Shown one piece after another: positions 58,727 through 64,000 of a DNA stretch of 64,000 nucleotides. This stretch comes from Candidatus Hydrogenedentota bacterium. GTDB lineage: Bacteria > Hydrogenedentota > Hydrogenedentia > Hydrogenedentales > SLHB01. Numbering within the stretch: position 1 is the first letter of the stretch; each line of letters starts with the position of its first letter. The notes below the pieces were generated by a model. That model was not told the DNA's origin and made no database searches. It worked only from the letters and a program-made list of their open reading frames with translations. The stretch is taken from the NCBI GenBank assembly GCA_045863335.1, contig BTVY01000006.1, forward strand, positions 1-64,000, in the 5' to 3' direction. The translations under genes and the position numbers were made by a program.

Positions 58727-58765
58727 ATCAGACTGATCCGACCGATCGGACCGATCCGTCCGATC
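58727..58765. repeat. Degenerate 9-mer tandem repeat
   Basis: ATCAGACTG ATCCGACCG ATCGGACCG ATCCGTCCG ATC. Confidence 0.75.
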
Positions 58766-58788
58766 AACTAGAGGATAGGCTTTAACTC

Positions 58789-59583
58789 ATGGATCATCCC
58801 CACTTCAACCAATTCGCCGAACACGCTGTCGAACGGTACCGCAACGACGGATACTGCAAAACGCCGGTGATCGTGCCGCCAGACCTCGTCGCGCGCGCCG
58901 TGGAGCACATGGATCGCGTGGTGAACGGCGAATACGAGACCGGGCGCGAACCACATGCGCTGCACTTCTCGCCGGAAGACGCGCCGGAAAAGATCCGCAA
59001 GGTTGATCAACCGCATCTCTGCGACAACACGATTCAGGAACTCGTAAACCTCCCGGAGATTGGCCAATATGCGGCAGCCTTGACGGGCGCGAAGATGGTG
59101 CAGGCATTCGCCGTGCAACTCCTGATCAAACCGCCCGGCGGGAGCCGCGCCGGGCACGTCGGCTGGCATCAGGACAAGTTATATTGGCCCTACTGGAAAG
59201 GCACGGAGGGACTGCTGACCGCTTGGGTGGCCTTGAGCGACGTCACCCTGAACTCGGGACCTATCCGGTTCGTGCGCGGATCCCAACGCTGGGGGTTGTG
59301 CGAGGGGGGAGAATTCTTCGAACCCGATCACGAGAACCAGAAGCGCGCCATCAAAGTGCCGCCAGGGGAAGAGTGGGTCGAAGAGCCCTTGCCATTGTCA
59401 CCGGGCGAGGTGAGTTTTCACCATTGCCTCACCTTCCACGCGAGCGGTCCCAACCTGGAGTCCTATCCGCGCCGCAGTTTCGCCCTGCACCTGCGAACGG
59501 ATCAGACGGACGTGGCGCTCGACGAGTACTACACGCAGCACCTCGACGACCCCATTCATGCCCCGATCATCTATCGCGCCTGA
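58789..59583 (+). CDS. Second PhyH-family Fe(II)/2OG oxygenase
   Basis: WHQDKLYW, TAWVALSD...SGP, FHH..TFHASGPN..PRR. Confidence 0.9.
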   Translation: MDHPHFNQFAEHAVERYRNDGYCKTPVIVPPDLVARAVEHMDRVVNGEYETGREPHALHFSPEDAPEKIRKVDQPHLCDNTIQELVNLPEIGQYAAALTGAKMVQAFAVQLLIKPPGGSRAGHVGWHQDKLYWPYWKGTEGLLTAWVALSDVTLNSGPIRFVRGSQRWGLCEGGEFFEPDHENQKRAIKVPPGEEWVEEPLPLSPGEVSFHHCLTFHASGPNLESYPRRSFALHLRTDQTDVALDEYYTQHLDDPIHAPIIYRA

Positions 59584-59653
59584 GCCTTCAGTATGTTTGG
59601 GCGTACATCAAATGGGGAACGCATGATTGTGCTACCGTCGCGGAGCAGAACCA

Positions 59654-59817
59654 AAGAACATCCCCCTGGATCGCCCTTCGAAGGGGGAATGCGCGTATCC
59701 ATTGCGCTCGAGGAAGTTGCGGGTACGTTTCCCAATCGACACATCGGACAGCTCATTCCGCACGCCAACGGTGTGCCAGAATTTCCCCTTCGAAGGGGGA
59801 TCAAGGGGGATGTTCTT
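59654..59817. repeat. MITE/REPIN-like element, copy 2
   Basis: About 37-bp imperfect inverted repeats (59654-59690 / 59781-59817) of the same family as 13303-13461, with a homologous spacer. Confidence 0.88.
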
Positions 59818-59829
59818 CATACAAAAAAC

Positions 59830-61482
59830 TCAACCCCGGTCGTTTTCCGAGTCGCCATCTGACGATGTGCCGTCGGGCAACGCCCTCGTTTCGTGGTCCT
59901 CGTCGACGGCGAGGGCAGGATGCGGCGGGTGGAGCCGGTGGATCACCTCGCTCAACGGCTCGCGCATGAGCTTGGATTCGCTACCGCTCACCTCCCGCAA
60001 CAGGGGCTGCAGGATTTCCTCTTCGCGCAGGGCCGACGGTTCGCGTCCGGATTCGCGCAAGGCGGCGATCACATGGCCAATCGTGATCTTGTCGATAGAT
60101 CGCGATGGTGCGAACCGCACGGGTTCGGTTGCGCAGCGCTGGACCAGATCCGCTTCATCCAGCTGATCGAGTGTCTCATTCAACAGGCGCGTGGGCACTT
60201 TCCACTCTTCCGCCGCCTCGGAGGGCGAGAGCCCCGGCATGCCCGCGTCGAAACGATGGGCGACTTCCACCATGGCGCGGAGCGCAACAGCTTCCCGGTA
60301 GGCCTGGCTCGCGCCCGCGGCGTGGCGTTCCATGACGAAGGTCTTCTCGTTCTGATACGCAAAGGTGAGTTCCGCGCCGAAAAGCAGAATGACCCAACTG
60401 AAGTAGATCCAGATGAGCAGAAATGGAAACAGGGCAAAAGACGAATAGACGACGCTGTTGCGCGCGAGTCCGTACTGCAGTCCGAAATATCCCATCGACA
60501 ACAGCAGCCAAAGCGTTCCCGCCACAAATCCGCCGAGGATGGCATAACGCCATTTCACTTTCGTGTTGGGAACGACCGCATAAAGCGTCGAGAACGCGAA
60601 CCAGATGACCAGGTATTGAATGCCGCGGACGGCCAGGGCGATATACCCGAGCCGATCTGTTACCACCGTACTGCCGAGCGCTGCGGTCAGGCCAATCACG
60701 CCCATGACTACGAAAGGCAACAACAACGTGATCATCATGTAATCGCTGAACATGCGGTACCATGACCTTGTGCTTCGCAATCCCCAGATTGAATTGAAGG
60801 AGGATTCGATGTTGCGCATGAGGCCGAACACCGCCGTCAGGATGAATCCCAGCCCCATCAGGCCAAGCGCCCGAGGGTTCGCGCTCTTGCTGGCCATGTC
60901 GAGGATTAAATCGACGGGATCGATGGGCTCCGCTCCTGCGGCAGGCGGCGGAGGCCCTTCCCGTTCAGGCAGTGCAGCGGAATCCGGCGGCGCCAACCCG
61001 CGCTCGGGCACGAGCGACGGCTCATCACCCGACCCCGAGACGCCGGAAGGGACGCGCTCGCTGCTCATGCTATCTGAAAGCCCCGGGATTACCAGGTTAA
61101 TCAATTCCTTGATCTGTTCGTTGGGATCTTCCGCTCCGCCGCCGTTGCGATTCGCACCGCCTTGAGCGGCGGGTTCACCGCCGGCGAACCCCGCGATCAA
61201 CGAGGTAATTTCCGTGGTCAAATTGAATTGGCTGATTACAAAATACAGAACGGCCACGAAGGGCACGAGCGAAAGCACGGTCGTATACGCCAGCGCCGCG
61301 GCCCGCAGAAGCAGCGCGTCCTGAATCATGTTCTGCACGAGCACAATCAGCACCCGTATCTGCTTCACCACGAAACCGTAAGGGACTTCTTCCCCTTCCC
61401 GGCCCAGGAACCAGATGTCGTGGGTGATGAAGCGTTGCCCGCGGGCAAGGGCGTCGAACAGGCGCTGCAAGTGTTCTCTCAT
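59830..61482 (-). CDS. YihY/BrkB-family membrane protein with C-terminal Rrf2-like wHTH
   Basis: RAAALAYTTVLSLVP, IESSFNSIW, VPNTKV, VYSSFA..P..LIWIYFSW..LLFGAE, C-terminal HTH; Pro/Gly-rich insertion. Confidence 0.88.
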   Translation of the reverse strand: MREHLQRLFDALARGQRFITHDIWFLGREGEEVPYGFVVKQIRVLIVLVQNMIQDALLLRAAALAYTTVLSLVPFVAVLYFVISQFNLTTEITSLIAGFAGGEPAAQGGANRNGGGAEDPNEQIKELINLVIPGLSDSMSSERVPSGVSGSGDEPSLVPERGLAPPDSAALPEREGPPPPAAGAEPIDPVDLILDMASKSANPRALGLMGLGFILTAVFGLMRNIESSFNSIWGLRSTRSWYRMFSDYMMITLLLPFVVMGVIGLTAALGSTVVTDRLGYIALAVRGIQYLVIWFAFSTLYAVVPNTKVKWRYAILGGFVAGTLWLLLSMGYFGLQYGLARNSVVYSSFALFPFLLIWIYFSWVILLFGAELTFAYQNEKTFVMERHAAGASQAYREAVALRAMVEVAHRFDAGMPGLSPSEAAEEWKVPTRLLNETLDQLDEADLVQRCATEPVRFAPSRSIDKITIGHVIAALRESGREPSALREEEILQPLLREVSGSESKLMREPLSEVIHRLHPPHPALAVDEDHETRALPDGTSSDGDSENDRG

Positions 61483-61543
61483 GGTTCTATGCTACACGCT
61501 AATGCCCCGGCTTGGGAAACTGGGTACGCGGCGGATGGCGATG

Positions 61544-62851
61544 CTATCGGCTCGACGCGATTCGCACCGTCGCCCCGATGGGGCAGAATCGAAACAGCTT
61601 CTCCGCGTCCGCGGGCCGCATGCGAATGCACCCCGCACCATGCGCCGCGCCGATGGACTCGGCTTCTTCGGTGGGATGAATGCCGTAGCTGAGCGGGGTG
61701 CCATTGGATGCGAAACCCATCCAACTCTCGCCAAGCGGGTTTCGGGGATGACCGTAGGGCACCGACTCGCCACGGTGGTACCAGTCCGGTCGCGCGATCT
61801 TATTGTGAATTGTGAACTCGCCGGAGGGCGTGGAGCCGTTCTTGCCGAGTCCAACGGGGAACTTCCACAACGAGCGCCCGCCAACGTATACCGTCATCTC
61901 GAACGTATCGCGATCGACTTCCAAATGTACTGGCGGCCCACCGTCTCCCGGAAACGCTTCAGGAGATCCATCTCCCGCGAAATCATTCGCAGTGATTCCG
62001 ATCCCGGGTGCCGTTGACCCGGTAGACGCGAAGGTGATGTCCCCCCTTCCGCTGCCGGGAGATTCCTTCCGTAGCGCGTCGGCGTGCGCCGCGCCGCCGG
62101 GATCGCCCCCCTCCGGGGTCTCGTCGAAGTCCACAAACTCGCCGGGGCCGCCCATGCCGGTCAACTCATCCAATTCTGCGAGCCCCGGCCGGCCACCACC
62201 GAATTCATCATCCCACGCGAGACCACCACGAGCCAGCGACATCGGGATGGTTTCAGGCGGCTTAGCCGAAGGATCGCGCTCTCCGGCCGATGGAGGCAAC
62301 GTTTCCGGCGCGGGCAAGCGGTCTTCCTTCGCAAGACGCTGGTTCGATTGATGGGACGTTGTCGCGCCGGATTCGTCCATGGGCCACCACAGCAGAAAGA
62401 GCAGGATGGCCGCGAGAACCGCGAGCCAGGGCGCGAGTCTCGAACCGCGCCGATCTGGATGCGGCTGCGGCAATTCCGGGACCGCAGCCCTCCGCACGGC
62501 ACGGATGCGGTGGGTTTCGGGCCTCGCCGTGAACGGCGTATGGACCCGGTATTGAATTCCGAGGGCAAACTCGTGCGACCCTGCGGGTTCGCAGCGGACC
62601 ACGTGACCGGAAACGCGAATTAACGAATCGCTCTCGCGATCCGCCCGCGGCGCAATCTCAATGTCGACCGCCGCGCCTTTCGGCAACATCGAATACGTGC
62701 GAATCCCCACGCCGTCACGGCTGATATCGAAGGCCGTGCCGGTGAATAACGGAGTTGCAGCATCCGCGCTGATCACAACCGCCGTCCGATTGGTGGCGGC
62801 ACGATTTGCAGCCCGGCGCTCTCCTCCCGATGGATTCGCAACCCTGACCAT
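61544..62851 (-). CDS. PilZ domain - TM - L,D-transpeptidase (YkuD) fusion protein
   Basis: PilZ RxxxR (ERRAANR) and DxSxxG (DISRDG); TM LAPWLAVLAAILLFLLWW; YkuD FPVGLG..STPSG, NPLG..WM, GIHPT...GCIRM. Start ATG 62851. Confidence 0.82.
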   Translation of the reverse strand: MVRVANPSGGERRAANRAATNRTAVVISADAATPLFTGTAFDISRDGVGIRTYSMLPKGAAVDIEIAPRADRESDSLIRVSGHVVRCEPAGSHEFALGIQYRVHTPFTARPETHRIRAVRRAAVPELPQPHPDRRGSRLAPWLAVLAAILLFLLWWPMDESGATTSHQSNQRLAKEDRLPAPETLPPSAGERDPSAKPPETIPMSLARGGLAWDDEFGGGRPGLAELDELTGMGGPGEFVDFDETPEGGDPGGAAHADALRKESPGSGRGDITFASTGSTAPGIGITANDFAGDGSPEAFPGDGGPPVHLEVDRDTFEMTVYVGGRSLWKFPVGLGKNGSTPSGEFTIHNKIARPDWYHRGESVPYGHPRNPLGESWMGFASNGTPLSYGIHPTEEAESIGAAHGAGCIRMRPADAEKLFRFCPIGATVRIASSR

Positions 62852-63183
62852 CGCAGTTCGCCTGCACCTTAACTTGTTGCGGACTCGCCAATCCGCAATC
62901 CCAAGGCCGCCAGTATAGCACGAAAAGCGGAGTATGCGGGGTGGATTTATGCGATACGGTTCTTCCTTCGAAACTGGAGCATTTGGCTTTGTTTCGGATT
63001 TCCGGGTGGGATGGGTCCTGGCGGTGGCGCGGGCCGGCATTCGCTCCGCAAAATAGGCCTTGACGCTTGTTTCACGGGCACTTACAATCACTACGCGTCG
63101 CAACGGGTCCACCCTACGGAACCTGCGGCCGGCGCGGGGCTGGCGGAAACTACGGTACCAACACTTGGGCTCGGAGGATGATC

Positions 63184-64000
63184 ATGGGTTCCGCAACCGA
63201 CAGTATTTTCGAGCGGCTGGAATCGGCTATCGCGGAGTGGAGCGCCGAAATCAAATCATCGTCCGCGGGCATGGCCGAGAAACTCGCCCGCGCCAAAGAC
63301 CGCTTGGGCGACACCCCGGAAGGCGCCGAATCCGTGGAAGCGCTCACCGCTTCGCTTGATTTCGCACGCGCCGAATTCGCCCGCCTGGAAGTCGCCTTGC
63401 GGGAATGCCTCAGCGCAGCCAAGTCCGCCAACGAACGAGCCGGCGCCGCAGCCGAGGCGACGGACTCCATCCGGGAACAGCAGTCCGCTCTCCGCGACGA
63501 GTTGTCTTCCTTGCGAAACCAGATCGACGAGAAACTCGCTGCATTGTCGGACGCATCGGCTGCGCCGCCGGCCCGTGATGAGGAATTGGCGGCGGATTTG
63601 GATGCCTTGAAAAACCAGCTTCAGGAAGTGCGTGAGCGCATGGAGACTTCCTCATCGGGCGATGCGGACGAGACCCTCGCGGATATCCGCGCAGAACTGG
63701 AGTTGTTGCGGTCCGCCGTGATGGAACTGCAAGACGCCGAACCGCCCGGCCCGGTCGAAGATGATCGCGTGGGCGCCTTCGCCTCCGAACTCAACGCGAT
63801 CAAGGCAGAAGTCGCTTCGTTGCGGGAACGGCAGGACTCGGAATCACCGGCCCTTGCGTCCGCGACAAGCGATGAACTCGTCGAACTGCGCGACGACCTC
63901 TCGCGCCTCCAGGGCGTCTTGGCCGGGTCTGGCGACACGGAACGTCGCATCGAGGAACTGGAAGGACTGCTGGCCGTGGAACGGGAACGGTCGGATCGGC
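63184..64000 (+). CDS. Long acidic coiled-coil protein, truncated by the window end
   Basis: GGAGG RBS; frame MGSATDSIFERLESAIAEW... stays open to the window edge; heptad-rich. Absent from the ORF track because it has no stop. Confidence 0.75.
   Translation, partial: MGSATDSIFERLESAIAEWSAEIKSSSAGMAEKLARAKDRLGDTPEGAESVEALTASLDFARAEFARLEVALRECLSAAKSANERAGAAAEATDSIREQQSALRDELSSLRNQIDEKLAALSDASAAPPARDEELAADLDALKNQLQEVRERMETSSSGDADETLADIRAELELLRSAVMELQDAEPPGPVEDDRVGAFASELNAIKAEVASLRERQDSESPALASATSDELVELRDDLSRLQGVLAGSGDTERRIEELEGLLAVERERSDR

Noticed and set aside
57938-59583. PhyH dioxygenases as graspetide tailoring enzymes
   Set aside because: They are more than 4 kb away, separated by unrelated genes, with no evidence of linkage.

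Overview
A 64-kb GC-rich bacterial chromosomal window. Its gene content (DUF1559/H-X9-DG pilin-like proteins, a DUF1549/DUF1553 cytochrome c + DUF1501 pair, HldE) suggests a Ca. Hydrogenedentota/PVC-like diderm; this taxonomy is inference only. Most of it is core and envelope genes: transketolase, an oppABCDF peptide ABC operon, a Gld-type ABC/DUF4340/HtrA operon, hldE, hslV, secreted hydrolases, two PhyH dioxygenases and YihY. I recognised no rRNA, tRNA, CRISPR array, integrase or transposase. Five things stand out. (1) A plesiocin-type (group 2, TTxxxxEE) graspetide RiPP locus that the ORF track missed: a 53-aa precursor at 53352..53513(-) with an LFIREL leader motif and two TTLAxGEE cores, coupled through a CTGA overlap to an ATP-grasp ligase that appears to start at a non-canonical CTG. 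(2) A lower-GC ~8.7-kb island bounded by a 9-bp direct repeat, encoding a 985-aa unknown protein and a 1734-aa DEAH/DUF1998 helicase (Druantia type III-like defence pair). (3) A PilZ-TM-L,D-transpeptidase fusion, a candidate c-di-GMP-controlled peptidoglycan cross-linker. (4) An unannotated membrane domain shared by two proteins 24 kb apart. (5) Several REP/MITE-like intergenic repeat families.
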